DNA of 64,000 bases, from IMG/VR virus record IMGVR_UViG_3300048011_000525, positions 1-64,000 of that record. One strand, 5' to 3'. The notes beneath the pieces were generated by a model. It made no database searches, had not been told where the DNA came from, and worked only from the letters and a program-made list of their open reading frames with translations. Of the stretch, positions 16,148-26,203 are shown one piece after another; positions within the stretch are counted from its first letter, which is position 1, and every line of letters begins with the position of its first letter. The DNA comes from a virus. The position numbers and the translations under genes were made by a program.

Positions 16148-16600
16148 TTAACTGTATTCGAAGTTTTGACACTCGTTACCTCGTTCTAACAAACGAGCAC
16201 CATTTTTAATGTGGAACTTTTCTGCCATTTCAGTTAGAGGACTTAGGGTAACGAAGCGTTTACATCCTCGCACATCACGAACAAAGTCTCTAGCAGCAAA
16301 CACTATGTCTCTACCTGCTCCGCGATCATAACTCCACACAGTATAAAATACTGCAATTCGAGGAGGTACAGTTTCGTCTGCACAAGCAGCTTGACTCCAT
16401 AAGTCGAGTTCTTGTTCTGTAATAGGAACATCATTAGTATATGCACAACAGATTACTGCACGTACTTTGGATTCATCTTCGTTATACAAGACAAATGCTT
16501 CTCTACCTAAACTAGTTCTAAAGTTTGCACTAAGGTGCGGACGCACAGGATCATCATTGAATAGATACCACAGCTCGTGACTGTCTACGATTTTTAACAT
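16148..16600 (-). CDS. Hypothetical protein, GNAT-like fold possible
   Basis: FYTVWSY.RGAGR and TLSP...A.KFH.KNGA. Confidence 0.65.
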   Translation of the reverse strand: MLKIVDSHELWYLFNDDPVRPHLSANFRTSLGREAFVLYNEDESKVRAVICCAYTNDVPITEQELDLWSQAACADETVPPRIAVFYTVWSYDRGAGRDIVFAARDFVRDVRGCKRFVTLSPLTEMAEKFHIKNGARLLERGNECQNFEYS

Positions 16601-16612
16601 GTTTACTACCTT

Positions 16613-18046
16613 TTAGTCGTTGTCGAGATTGTTTAAGAAACTTCTCAGTTTGCTTGAATCTGTTTCAGCACGTATCTTACCTGCTGTTGCACCCTCTGCT
16701 GGATCTTCACGTGGAGTATCACTAGCTGTAACTGTGTTTCTCTTGATTGACTCAAGAACACTGTTGCCTGTGCTTTGTGGTGCGCTACTATAGCCGCCAT
16801 CATCATCTTCACCTAGATCTACAATACGTAGTGTGTCTACATCAAAGCCTAGATCAACTTTCATACCTACACCGCTACTACTACGTGTCTTCATTAACTG
16901 GATCTGATAACGTCCACGTTCACGCATTGCCCTACTAGTAAAGATACCAATCAAGTTGTCTGCTGTGTTAATTTTACTAATACCGCCGGAGATATGCGAG
17001 TGATCAAACTCAATCTCTTCTACACTTGATCTGTTCAACTGTGACGCTGTAACAAAGATAGTATTAAGTTCCATAGCCAAGTTACGTAACTCTTCCGATA
17101 CATACTTGTCTTTCACAAACAAGTTCTCTGCACTAATCTTTTGTCCGATTGGATGCATCAAGTCTAGATAGTCAATTAGTAGTACGTCTACTTTGCGTCC
17201 TGTTTTAATCTCATACTCTTTTAAGTACGCTCTAACATCGTTTGCGTTCTTGCCTGTGGGCATATATTTGACCTGGAACGCACCTGACTTCTTGCCAATC
17301 ATCTTAACTTTCATCTGTACATCATCAATGCTCTTAAAGATGTCACGACTTGGAATCTCACTTACCATAGCATCAAGGCGCATACCTACTAAGTTCTCAC
17401 TAAGCTCGAATGTTAAGTACATTACGTTAAGTCCTTGCAAGCACCAGTTCACTCCTAGGTTTGCCATAAACAAACTCTTACCTGAACCCGACCCACCTGC
17501 AAAGATATTCAGTTCGCCCCTGTTGAATCCGCCAAACAGTTTCTTGTCTAGTGTGGGCCAGCCTGTACTAATCTGTCCGTTCTTGTCTTTGATTGCTTCT
17601 AGTCTGCTCTTAGGATCAGCAAAGTAATCTGTGCCCAAGTCTTTCTGCAAGCCAATCTGTACAGCCTGCTTGACTAGATCTTCACATGCACCATACTCGC
17701 CACTCTCTAACAAGTCAGCACTCTTGAGAATAGCAGCCTCTAGTGCTTTGTGCTTACTGAATGTTTCAAAGTCCTGCAACAACCAGTCATAGTGATTCTC
17801 TTGTAGTTGCCCTGGGTCTTTCAAATTAGTGTCTGTAGCAGCGTTCACCATATCAAATGTAGGCAGTGCGTTATGCTCTTCTACATACGTTTTAATAAAC
17901 TTAGCTGGCTCTACCAAACGTCTATCAAATGTTTGCGGATCAAATACACCCTGACAGCGCACAAAGCTCTCAGCATCTGTCATAAACATTTCTAGATATA
18001 CCTTCTGTATATCATATCCGTAATCTGTGTTTTGTCTAGTTGTCAT
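16613..18046 (-). CDS. gp41: Replicative DnaB-like helicase (T4 gp41 type)
   Basis: GGSGSGKS, IDYLDL, TASQLNR, MKTR. Confidence 0.92.
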   Translation of the reverse strand: MTTRQNTDYGYDIQKVYLEMFMTDAESFVRCQGVFDPQTFDRRLVEPAKFIKTYVEEHNALPTFDMVNAATDTNLKDPGQLQENHYDWLLQDFETFSKHKALEAAILKSADLLESGEYGACEDLVKQAVQIGLQKDLGTDYFADPKSRLEAIKDKNGQISTGWPTLDKKLFGGFNRGELNIFAGGSGSGKSLFMANLGVNWCLQGLNVMYLTFELSENLVGMRLDAMVSEIPSRDIFKSIDDVQMKVKMIGKKSGAFQVKYMPTGKNANDVRAYLKEYEIKTGRKVDVLLIDYLDLMHPIGQKISAENLFVKDKYVSEELRNLAMELNTIFVTASQLNRSSVEEIEFDHSHISGGISKINTADNLIGIFTSRAMRERGRYQIQLMKTRSSSGVGMKVDLGFDVDTLRIVDLGEDDDGGYSSAPQSTGNSVLESIKRNTVTASDTPREDPAEGATAGKIRAETDSSKLRSFLNNLDND

Positions 18047-19523
18047 TATCAGCCTTCGTGAATACCTTTACTCCATACATTATAGCAAAGTCTTGTGCAT
18101 CTGTCAAGTCATTTACTATAGGGTCACCTTTAATATTAAGCGAAGTATTTAACAGTATTGGACATCCAGTAGACTCATACCAGGCTTCTAACAGTTTTCT
18201 AATTCCGCTATTGTCTTTATGTACCACCTGGACTCTAGATGTACCGTCTGCGTGTACGATGGAAGGATACAAGTTTGGATTTTTGCAACGGGCGGTAAAC
18301 TGCATATATTCATTTGCTCTCCCGTCAAAGTGTTCGTCATAATGCTCTGACAGGATAACTGGAGAAAATGGTCTGAATCGCTGTCGCTGTTTGATGTCAT
18401 TGACTCTGTCTTTGATGTCACTACCACGAGGGTCAGCAAGAAGACTCCTATTACCAAAAGCCCTAGGCCCAAACTCCGCCCTACCATTCGCAACGCCTGC
18501 GATTCCCGTTTTCTTGAGTTCGCTAATCGTTTCTTCAACCGGATACTCTCCTTCGATGTTGTAGCCTAAGTACGCATGATCCATAGGCAGTGTTTGTTTC
18601 TTGTGTGCTAGTACAGCACCAATAGCACTTCCAGCATCGCCCGGGTTGGGCATAATCCATACGTTGTCAAAAAATCTATAGGCCAAAGCATTAGCACTAC
18701 AGTTTAGTGCGCACCCTCCCATTAGTACTAAATTCTTACTAGGGCAATTTCGACTAGCCCATAGTAACGTGTTAATTAATACGTACTCATATACCTTCTG
18801 GGTAGCAGCAGCAATGTCAAACATGTCCTGCTCTGTAGTAAGATCCGGGCGCCACCATTTACACCCTCGGTGTAGGTTGTGCTTTATCTTAATACAAGGA
18901 TTATACCCTATACCTTCTTTGTCAATAAAGTCATTGAGTATGTCCATAAACAATCTGTCAGGGTTACCATATGCTGCCATACCCATAAGAATGTATTCGT
19001 CTTCGTTAGGCTTAAGACCTATTCTTTGTGTGAGAGCTGAATACCAAAGTCCGATAGAGTGTGGGTATCCTTGCGAGTAGACTTTCTTAAGTCCGTGTTC
19101 TTTAGAGGCGTTCCAGATGGTAAGGGTGTCGAACTCTCCAATACTATCAATACAGGCAACAGTAGCTTCTGTATAATCACTAGTATAAAAACCGGCAGCA
19201 GCATGGGCAAGGTGATGATCAGTATAGCGAATAGGAGCAGATATATCATACTGTCGAAGATAACGATTAATATTGTTTTCCCTAAAGTTCCAGCCTTGTC
19301 CTGCTCGAAGCTGTCTAAGAGTTTTTCTAAAGGGTCTTTCGTACCAAATAATTTCATCAGGTTCTCCCCATTGACGTGCATAGTTAATTATCTCTTTGTT
19401 GAGGTGCGCATCATTCTTAACTCTACTGAAGCGTTCTGTGTGACTAGCAAACTCTAGTCCTTCATTGTTGAACACTGCTAGTGCAGCATCGTGACTGTTT
19501 GCTGATATTCCCCAAGTTATCAT
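18036..19523 (-). CDS. Carbamoyltransferase, NodU/CmcH family
   Basis: HDAA, HHLAHAA, EFGPRAFGNRS, LNTSLN. Confidence 0.92.
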   Translation of the reverse strand: MITWGISANSHDAALAVFNNEGLEFASHTERFSRVKNDAHLNKEIINYARQWGEPDEIIWYERPFRKTLRQLRAGQGWNFRENNINRYLRQYDISAPIRYTDHHLAHAAAGFYTSDYTEATVACIDSIGEFDTLTIWNASKEHGLKKVYSQGYPHSIGLWYSALTQRIGLKPNEDEYILMGMAAYGNPDRLFMDILNDFIDKEGIGYNPCIKIKHNLHRGCKWWRPDLTTEQDMFDIAAATQKVYEYVLINTLLWASRNCPSKNLVLMGGCALNCSANALAYRFFDNVWIMPNPGDAGSAIGAVLAHKKQTLPMDHAYLGYNIEGEYPVEETISELKKTGIAGVANGRAEFGPRAFGNRSLLADPRGSDIKDRVNDIKQRQRFRPFSPVILSEHYDEHFDGRANEYMQFTARCKNPNLYPSIVHADGTSRVQVVHKDNSGIRKLLEAWYESTGCPILLNTSLNIKGDPIVNDLTDAQDFAIMYGVKVFTKADNDN

Positions 19524-20074
19524 CTGTTGTTTAAATTTAAGTTAAAGTTAGCAATGCATCTAGGTCCTAATTTAGGAATTCCAGCACCGTGAGGAATAAG
19601 TCCGTTAAATATTACACATCTTCCTTTCTTTGGTGTTACACTGCTAATTATAGTTTCGTAATCATCATCGTAGAATACAGTATCACCATCTGCATCATTT
19701 ACGTAATATATTAAACTTGTATGAGGGAAGTTTAAGTCAACATGCGGATCGTGATTTTTTAACTCTGTGTCATACGGAGTTGTTAAAAACAATCTTGCAA
19801 ATATAATATCACCTAGTGCATACCCTAATCGATTAACTACACTTACAGGTATAGTACTAAAGTTAGCCAGGTGAGGAGATAACTCTGCACTGCTTTTTAA
19901 TATATGCTTGAAGCTCATTGGACTTACTCCGTCTCGACGAGCAGTACCTTCATACTTTGCAGTCCAAGGTAATCCATTTTCGATCTCGCATCCTTTAGTC
20001 ATTCCCAAGCATAATGCTTCAAAGTAATCTTGATAAAACTCAGGAATACAATCGTCAATTATATCTAAATCCAT
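19520..20074 (-). CDS. 2OG-Fe(II) oxygenase
   Basis: HVD...YYVNDADGDT...PKKGR..IF.G..H...R. Confidence 0.8.
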   Translation of the reverse strand: MDLDIIDDCIPEFYQDYFEALCLGMTKGCEIENGLPWTAKYEGTARRDGVSPMSFKHILKSSAELSPHLANFSTIPVSVVNRLGYALGDIIFARLFLTTPYDTELKNHDPHVDLNFPHTSLIYYVNDADGDTVFYDDDYETIISSVTPKKGRCVIFNGLIPHGAGIPKLGPRCIANFNLNLNNR

Positions 20075-20089
20075 TTGTAAAGTACTTTC

Positions 20090-20734
20090 CTACTTATGTT
20101 CTACAATCAAATAATAAATGTCGTTATACATTTTCGATTGCGCATAGCTACTTATTTTAAGTCCTGCTTGATCAACTATTTCTCTAAAGTCGTCTGGGCA
20201 TGACCCTTGTGAATTCTCTTGCAAAATAATTTGTCCTTGGGGATGCAACAGTGGCTTAATCATTTTATAAAACTGTTTATGCGATTCCCATTCTGCATCT
20301 ACTAGTACATCTTCAACATGTTTGTGCTCTTTAATATTAAATCCTAAACACTTTGTTGCAGAGTCAGTATCCTTCCAATGAGGCGGATTGCCTACAACTA
20401 CATTATACTGTTGTGATAACGGAATAGATTCTAATGTATGTCCTTCGTAAATAGAAATATTATTAATAAAATTACTGTTGTCACGTGTTCTTTCTAGCAT
20501 TTCAATTGCAGGCAAGTACATGTCATTAAAAGAAATATTTTTACAGATGTCTGAGGCAAGCATTCCGTACCCAATAAATCCTGGTCCTGAACACCATTCT
20601 AACATATTATCAACAGTGCCGTGCCATTCTTTAATTACATCTATATATTCTAATGCAAAGTAGTCGCCGCCACCATTTGTTTCATTTGTGTAATATACAT
20701 CAAAATTGTTGATGCGCCATATGTAATCAATCAT
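20090..20734 (-). CDS. SAM-dependent methyltransferase
   Basis: EWCSGPGFIG and GNPPH. Confidence 0.8.
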   Translation of the reverse strand: MIDYIWRINNFDVYYTNETNGGGDYFALEYIDVIKEWHGTVDNMLEWCSGPGFIGYGMLASDICKNISFNDMYLPAIEMLERTRDNSNFINNISIYEGHTLESIPLSQQYNVVVGNPPHWKDTDSATKCLGFNIKEHKHVEDVLVDAEWESHKQFYKMIKPLLHPQGQIILQENSQGSCPDDFREIVDQAGLKISSYAQSKMYNDIYYLIVEHK

Positions 20735-20853
20735 TTGTAAATAAAAGGATCCCGTTTACTAAGTTCTTCTAAACGCTTTTTTAATTCTTTCTTTTCTTTG
20801 TAACGTGCATAAGGTGTCTTTAACCATTCCCAAAATCTTTTTATGTAAACCAT
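20731..20853 (-). CDS. Small basic protein (40 aa, not in ORF track)
   Basis: MVYIKRFWEW...RDPFIYK; overlaps both neighbours. Confidence 0.6.
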   Translation of the reverse strand: MVYIKRFWEWLKTPYARYKEKKELKKRLEELSKRDPFIYK

Positions 20854-21842
20854 TTTTTTGCTCTCAGTCTAATTTTAAGTGGACTATCGTCTGCACTAAT
20901 AGCAATGCTATGCAGAGTATATAGTCTACCGTTACGTTGTACACTATCACCTATATCGTTAATGTCATCTGCCCAATCAGGCATGCTAACACTGTAACCT
21001 AGTTCTATTGCACGTTCGACAAGTTTCTTACCCGCCTTATCTCTATCAGGTACAACAATAATTTGTTTCTGTAGTCTATTTAACAACATTGCTTGTTGGT
21101 CACTAATTTCTGATCCGCCCAATGCACAACCTTCTATGTGTATAGCATCTATTTGTCCTTCGCACAAGACGGCAAATAGCTTCGTGTAGCGTTGTTCGTC
21201 TAGTCCGTATACGTAACCCGGCTGTACTTCTGTTAGGTACTTGGGCTTCTTGTCTGCTTGCACACTACGCCCTGTCCAGCCTACGATACGTCCTTCGTAG
21301 TAGAACGGAATAATAAGTCTATCACGGTACCCTAGGCTAGGGCTCCAGTAGTAGTCTGTGTCGTCTAAGTTTAAATGACGATCTGCCATATACTGTATCA
21401 CAGCAAGGAAGTGTTTAAAGCCTACGTTGTTCTCGTTGTAGTCGGGTATGTCTACTATTCGAACAGCATCGTCTGGCAACGGAACAGTATTAAACGTTGG
21501 CAGCGTTGCAATGCGTGATTGAGCTTCAACGCCTTCATTTTCTCTCATAACCTCAAGTGCCACCTTATTGATTACATCGTCAGGTGCTCCCATCCACTGG
21601 AGAAGTTTACGCAGCTTGTGACTAAAGTTCCTGCCCGGTTGCCAGGATGCCTTGAAGCCGCAGTTAAAACAATGATAACTTACGCCTCCATCTGGGTTGC
21701 TTATTAAGCCACCACGTCCGCGAGTGTCTGCACTGTTGCCATTGTGATGACAGCAAGGTGCATTGAAACTTAGCCAACCACTAGGAGTTGTCTTCCGCTT
21801 AGCCGGCAAGTATGTCAGAACTGTATCGTTTACTACACTCAT
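20841..21842 (-). CDS. gp61: DNA primase (T4 gp61 type)
   Basis: Zn finger HCFNC; TOPRIM EGQID and PDRD. Confidence 0.88.
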   Translation of the reverse strand: MSVVNDTVLTYLPAKRKTTPSGWLSFNAPCCHHNGNSADTRGRGGLISNPDGGVSYHCFNCGFKASWQPGRNFSHKLRKLLQWMGAPDDVINKVALEVMRENEGVEAQSRIATLPTFNTVPLPDDAVRIVDIPDYNENNVGFKHFLAVIQYMADRHLNLDDTDYYWSPSLGYRDRLIIPFYYEGRIVGWTGRSVQADKKPKYLTEVQPGYVYGLDEQRYTKLFAVLCEGQIDAIHIEGCALGGSEISDQQAMLLNRLQKQIIVVPDRDKAGKKLVERAIELGYSVSMPDWADDINDIGDSVQRNGRLYTLHSIAISADDSPLKIRLRAKKWFT

Positions 21843-21884
21843 ACTATTATTATAGCGTAGTTAGTAAAGTTTGTCAAGCAGTTT

Positions 21885-22010
21885 TTAGTAGATTAATCCG
21901 TATGCTATACACCAAAGCTCTAAACCTACCTTGTATATAAGATAGTATAGAATTGGAGACATTATAAGTAGTCCAGGCCAAAAGAAAGGCTGTTTTGTTA
22001 AGTTTTTCAT
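21885..22010 (-). CDS. Small hydrophobic protein (41 aa, not in ORF track)
   Basis: MKNLTKQPFFWPGLLIM..., directly after the receptor gene. Confidence 0.45.
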   Translation of the reverse strand: MKNLTKQPFFWPGLLIMSPILYYLIYKVGLELWCIAYGLIY

Positions 22011-22012
22011 AT

Positions 22013-23749
22013 TTAAAAATATACTTTGAAACCAGTTTTCCAGTTACGCCCTAATTGACTATAACCGTTTGGTCTCTGGTATTCCTTATTACTAATGTTA
22101 TATATCCCTGCAAACACTTCTAAGTTATTTTTTTTATAATTTAATTCTGTATTATAAATTACTATAGGATCTATATTCATTGTTTCAAATGTTATACTAT
22201 TAATATCTTTGTGCTTGCCATAGTAGTCTGCGTCAAAAGAATACACAATGTTGTCTACTATTGTTGCTAGTTTTAAATTATTAGTAACTTTAGGACGTCT
22301 TAGTTTTTGATTACCATTTGATGTCTTAGCATCTATAACAGCAACATTATTTTCTATAAAGAACTGTCCTATTTCATAGTTAAGTGTATTTTCAATACCT
22401 TTAGTGTAACTTGTATTGTTGTCGTTAATATATGTGCCATTATATACTATAGCATTTTGTTCTTGTGTTACAAACAAAGCCGTGTTTGAAAAGTTATTTT
22501 CGTAACCTATTTCATAACTTATAGTATCTTCTTCTAATAGATTAGGGTTACCTGTAAAGCCGTAATTGTCCTGTCCGTACATTTCGTATAGTGTTGGAAT
22601 TCTATATCCTGTTGATACACTAGCTCGCACACCGTTATTAAAGATACCTATTCTTCCTGTATTCTTTTCTCCGAATTCGTTTATGATATCATGTCTTATA
22701 CCATATGCTAGTGCAGTGTTGCCGATTATAGTATTTGAATTTATAAAAATACCTTTAGTTGTTCTCTTCTTGTCTACACTGCTTGTATAAGGAAACGCAC
22801 TATTAATGTTTATTAAAAAGTCTGCACTAACCTTTTCAACTTCAGTGCCAATAATTACATCAGTATTATTATAATTTAATTTATGCGATCCGTAGAAGGT
22901 GTCTACTGTACTATCATAGTCGCCTTCTAATTTAAAATCTTTTGTGTACACTCTATTATGATTAGAATTATTATACGTTAGTCTACTTTTTTCATTTGTA
23001 TAATCTAACTGTATGTTTTGCCAATTCCACTTGCCTGTATAATTTAATGTATCTGTTGTTGAGTCTAGTGCAGAATAATTTGTTTCGTTTATATAATTAA
23101 CCCGTATGTTATTATGATCGTCACTGTGTACTAAATTTAAATTTATGTTATCGTAATCATGGGGGTCTTTTTCTTCGCCATTTGGATAAACACTTATGCC
23201 GTCAGTTTGAAAAGACTCGATACTAACAGTATAGTTTAAGGTTGGAGATATCTGTCCTGATAGTTGTGCTTCTGCTGTAAGTAAATTATTACTACCCACA
23301 GTTGAGGAAATATACGATCTACCTGTAATATCAGATACTAAGTTAATTACACCTCCAGATGCATTAGCACCGTATGAACTGCTCATAGGACCTTTGTATA
23401 GTTCTATATTACTAATACCTGTAAAGTTATGTTGACCAATATCGTCAGTGCCAGTAGGGCTACTTTGATCTTTGATTGAAATGCCATTGAGTGTTATAAG
23501 GCTCTGATCGCTATCTGCTCCTCTAATATACAAAGAGCTCATTTGTCCTTTTGGTCCACTAGATAATATATCCACACTAGACACTTCGTTGAGTTCGTCT
23601 GTTTCTATAATTTCATAAGAGTACGTCGAGTTTGCAAAATACGACGGTGTCCTATCGGCATATACATAAATTACTAGCTCTGTAGCAAATGTTGAGGTCG
23701 CAAAAAAAGCCGCGAAAAACGCGACTAATAGTTTATTATAATTATTCAT
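22013..23749 (-). CDS. TonB-dependent outer-membrane receptor (BtuB-like)
   Basis: Signal peptide, plug IRG, IELYKGPMSSSYGANASGGVINLV, GNPNLLEE, C-terminal GR..KTGFKVYF. Confidence 0.88.
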   Translation of the reverse strand: MNNYNKLLVAFFAAFFATSTFATELVIYVYADRTPSYFANSTYSYEIIETDELNEVSSVDILSSGPKGQMSSLYIRGADSDQSLITLNGISIKDQSSPTGTDDIGQHNFTGISNIELYKGPMSSSYGANASGGVINLVSDITGRSYISSTVGSNNLLTAEAQLSGQISPTLNYTVSIESFQTDGISVYPNGEEKDPHDYDNINLNLVHSDDHNNIRVNYINETNYSALDSTTDTLNYTGKWNWQNIQLDYTNEKSRLTYNNSNHNRVYTKDFKLEGDYDSTVDTFYGSHKLNYNNTDVIIGTEVEKVSADFLININSAFPYTSSVDKKRTTKGIFINSNTIIGNTALAYGIRHDIINEFGEKNTGRIGIFNNGVRASVSTGYRIPTLYEMYGQDNYGFTGNPNLLEEDTISYEIGYENNFSNTALFVTQEQNAIVYNGTYINDNNTSYTKGIENTLNYEIGQFFIENNVAVIDAKTSNGNQKLRRPKVTNNLKLATIVDNIVYSFDADYYGKHKDINSITFETMNIDPIVIYNTELNYKKNNLEVFAGIYNISNKEYQRPNGYSQLGRNWKTGFKVYF

Positions 23750-23785
23750 ACGCTTATTATAGCGTAATTTTATTAGTCTGTCAAC

Positions 23786-24568
23786 CTAATTTCTTACTAA
23801 TACTTTAGAAATTTTACTTGCTGGATTTGCTGTTGCTTTAACACGTAAGTATGTATATACTCCGTTAAAGTTTACAGGAGTAGGTTCAGTTTCTGTACCT
23901 TTAAGATTTACACTTTCAATGTCTGCCCAATTAGTTGTGCCAGTTACTTGGTTTTCCAATGTACCTTGTACTACAACATCACCTACATATCCGTCTGTAT
24001 ATATTGCGGCAGTATGCAATGCTTCGTTGCCATTAATACCAGGCTGTGCATCTATTGCTTCACTGTGCCAAACATCATTGTCTTCTAAGAATGTATCTAT
24101 CGAATAACTTGCACTAGGCCCAGGAAATGCACTTCCACTTACTTTAATAACTCCTGCACTATCAAACCATTCGTTAGCATAAGTCTGTACTTTTGTTTCG
24201 TCATAGTCTACTAGATAGATATTATAAGATAGGTATTGGTCTTTAACATTTAGTAAATCATTTTCAGTAATAGTAACGCTAAACAGACCTTTTTTAGTGT
24301 ATGCAGTACTATCACCTTCTTGTAAGTTAACTCCGTCATGTTGAATAATCAGCTGTTTGTTTTCATCGAATGCAACAAATTTAGGCGTGTACCTATCCAC
24401 GTCTAACGGTTTCTGATCTGGATTAATTAATTTAAATTCTAAGACATTGTCAATGCCTTTATATACTTGTAGGTTTCTGCTATACACTGGTCTGTACTCC
24501 GTGACGTGTCCTGCTTCATTTGCTAGGACGTCTATTCTGTTTGCGACTAAATATCTTAAAGTTTGCAT
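23786..24568 (-). CDS. Conserved hypothetical (probable virion) protein
   Basis: Late TAAATA 5 nt before ATG 24568. Confidence 0.7.
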   Translation of the reverse strand: MQTLRYLVANRIDVLANEAGHVTEYRPVYSRNLQVYKGIDNVLEFKLINPDQKPLDVDRYTPKFVAFDENKQLIIQHDGVNLQEGDSTAYTKKGLFSVTITENDLLNVKDQYLSYNIYLVDYDETKVQTYANEWFDSAGVIKVSGSAFPGPSASYSIDTFLEDNDVWHSEAIDAQPGINGNEALHTAAIYTDGYVGDVVVQGTLENQVTGTTNWADIESVNLKGTETEPTPVNFNGVYTYLRVKATANPASKISKVLVRN

Positions 24569-24589
24569 AACTATATTTATCGGAATCAC

Positions 24590-24961
24590 ATGTTACTAAA
24601 AGATATTGAAAACAATTTTCCCTACATTAGTGTAGTACATTACGGCGGCAACGAGTATGTTGGCATAGTGATTAATCAAGATCAATATGTTACGTCAATG
24701 TATGTATATACTGATTTAAGATCAGAGGAAGAGAAGAAAGCGTTAATGGAACTCGGCGATGTATGGTGGTGGGAATCTAATCGAATGATTCCTATTAATA
24801 TCTTCTTAGGTAGAGAGATGGACAAGTTCCGTTATGCCATACAAACAATGAATTCAAAAGATGTTAAGGTAACAATAGGACCTTGTGTTAATTTAAACAA
24901 TTTAGCAATTAAACGAATTAAACGCAAAAGTGTACAGCTAGTTAAAAAGCCTAAGAACTAA
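24590..24961 (+). CDS. Conserved hypothetical protein
   Basis: WWWESNRMIPINIF; start at MLLKD. Confidence 0.75.
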   Translation: MLLKDIENNFPYISVVHYGGNEYVGIVINQDQYVTSMYVYTDLRSEEEKKALMELGDVWWWESNRMIPINIFLGREMDKFRYAIQTMNSKDVKVTIGPCVNLNNLAIKRIKRKSVQLVKKPKN

Positions 24962-25511
24962 TTTGCTCACACAATAAATTTATGTGTACAACACATGCCA
25001 TTGCATACGAAACTGCGTGTGCTTTCTTAAAAAAGTATTCACCATTAGTCGGCTTTGTCCACACTTCCTTCATTATTGTTTCCCAAGTCTCGTTCGCTAG
25101 ATGCCTCTTGGCTGGACGAATTATCGCTAGTGTTGCTGCTAATTGTTCTACCGAGGTGGGCTTCAATAGTTTCAATAGATTGTTGTGACCGTTTAGATGA
25201 AAGACTTTTTCGCTGAAGTCTTCGTGTTCCAATAGTTCCCATAGTGGTTCCCTTTCCATAAGTTCTTGTAAATGTGCCTCATCTCTTACATCTTTGTATA
25301 TAGACACATTTAAAAAATCTAGTTTAAAGTAGCCACGTTCTTCTGCTGTCTTGTGTTCGATCGTAGATAAGTTATCTACAGGATTATGTGGTATCTCTGT
25401 AGCATACACACCAGTATTATGTTTTTTACCTGTGTTTAATTTTGCCACACGATGTTTTAGTTGTGATAGTATTACATCTCTGTCTGCAAAATCTATATCA
25501 ATATCAGGCAT
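24951..25511 (-). CDS. dnaE: Compact family C DNA polymerase (DnaE) catalytic core
   Basis: PDIDIDF, HNTGV, KLDFL, IIRP, FKKAHAVSY. Confidence 0.85.
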   Translation of the reverse strand: MPDIDIDFADRDVILSQLKHRVAKLNTGKKHNTGVYATEIPHNPVDNLSTIEHKTAEERGYFKLDFLNVSIYKDVRDEAHLQELMEREPLWELLEHEDFSEKVFHLNGHNNLLKLLKPTSVEQLAATLAIIRPAKRHLANETWETIMKEVWTKPTNGEYFFKKAHAVSYAMACVVHINLLCEQISS

Positions 25512-26203
25512 TATAGATTACTTTCCTTTGCAACGTCTTTAACAAGTTGAACATCATTAGGCAATCTTTTAAATCTCATTGCCCAATGACTAGGATTAAT
25601 AACATGATAGACCATTTCTAGTTGTTCGTCATTAAACTTGCCTAGCATATCTTTTCCGCTTTTACAATTAAGCATTAACCAAGGACTTATCTTTCCATCT
25701 TTAATGTGCCACACTGCTCTATTCAAACTTATGTAATTAAAATAATGATTCCAAGCAGCGGGTTCGTTTTCTTCTGCCCAGTCCATCATAGTTTTTACAC
25801 TACGTTCAAGTGCAGTAGTTACATCTTCTTTAAGAATAAACTCTAGTGCATATTTTTCATATAGCTCGTCACGTGCCCAATGATCTAATTTAACTCCACT
25901 AGTAACTACATAGTCTATATATTTTTCAGGATATAAAGGTTTGACATTATTAAGAAAGCTACCAAACTTAACAAAAGCATTATAGTACGGACTTGCACAA
26001 AAGTCTTCATATGTTTTTTCTTTCTTAGTTCCTGCACTGAGCTTGTAAAATCTCTGAAAGGCATAAAATCCGTACCTCACTCTTTTTTCATCTTTTTGTA
26101 ATGCTCGTCTTTTCTTTTCACACATATGCGCCGCAAGAGTTTTCTCTTTTACATACCCGCTTCCGCAGTATTCACACTTGTATGGTTTTTCAGAGTTTGG
26201 CAT
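25511..26203 (-). CDS. Zinc-finger hypothetical protein
   Basis: YKCEYC...LAAHMC; start at MPNSEK. Confidence 0.75.
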   Translation of the reverse strand: MPNSEKPYKCEYCGSGYVKEKTLAAHMCEKKRRALQKDEKRVRYGFYAFQRFYKLSAGTKKEKTYEDFCASPYYNAFVKFGSFLNNVKPLYPEKYIDYVVTSGVKLDHWARDELYEKYALEFILKEDVTTALERSVKTMMDWAEENEPAAWNHYFNYISLNRAVWHIKDGKISPWLMLNCKSGKDMLGKFNDEQLEMVYHVINPSHWAMRFKRLPNDVQLVKDVAKESNL

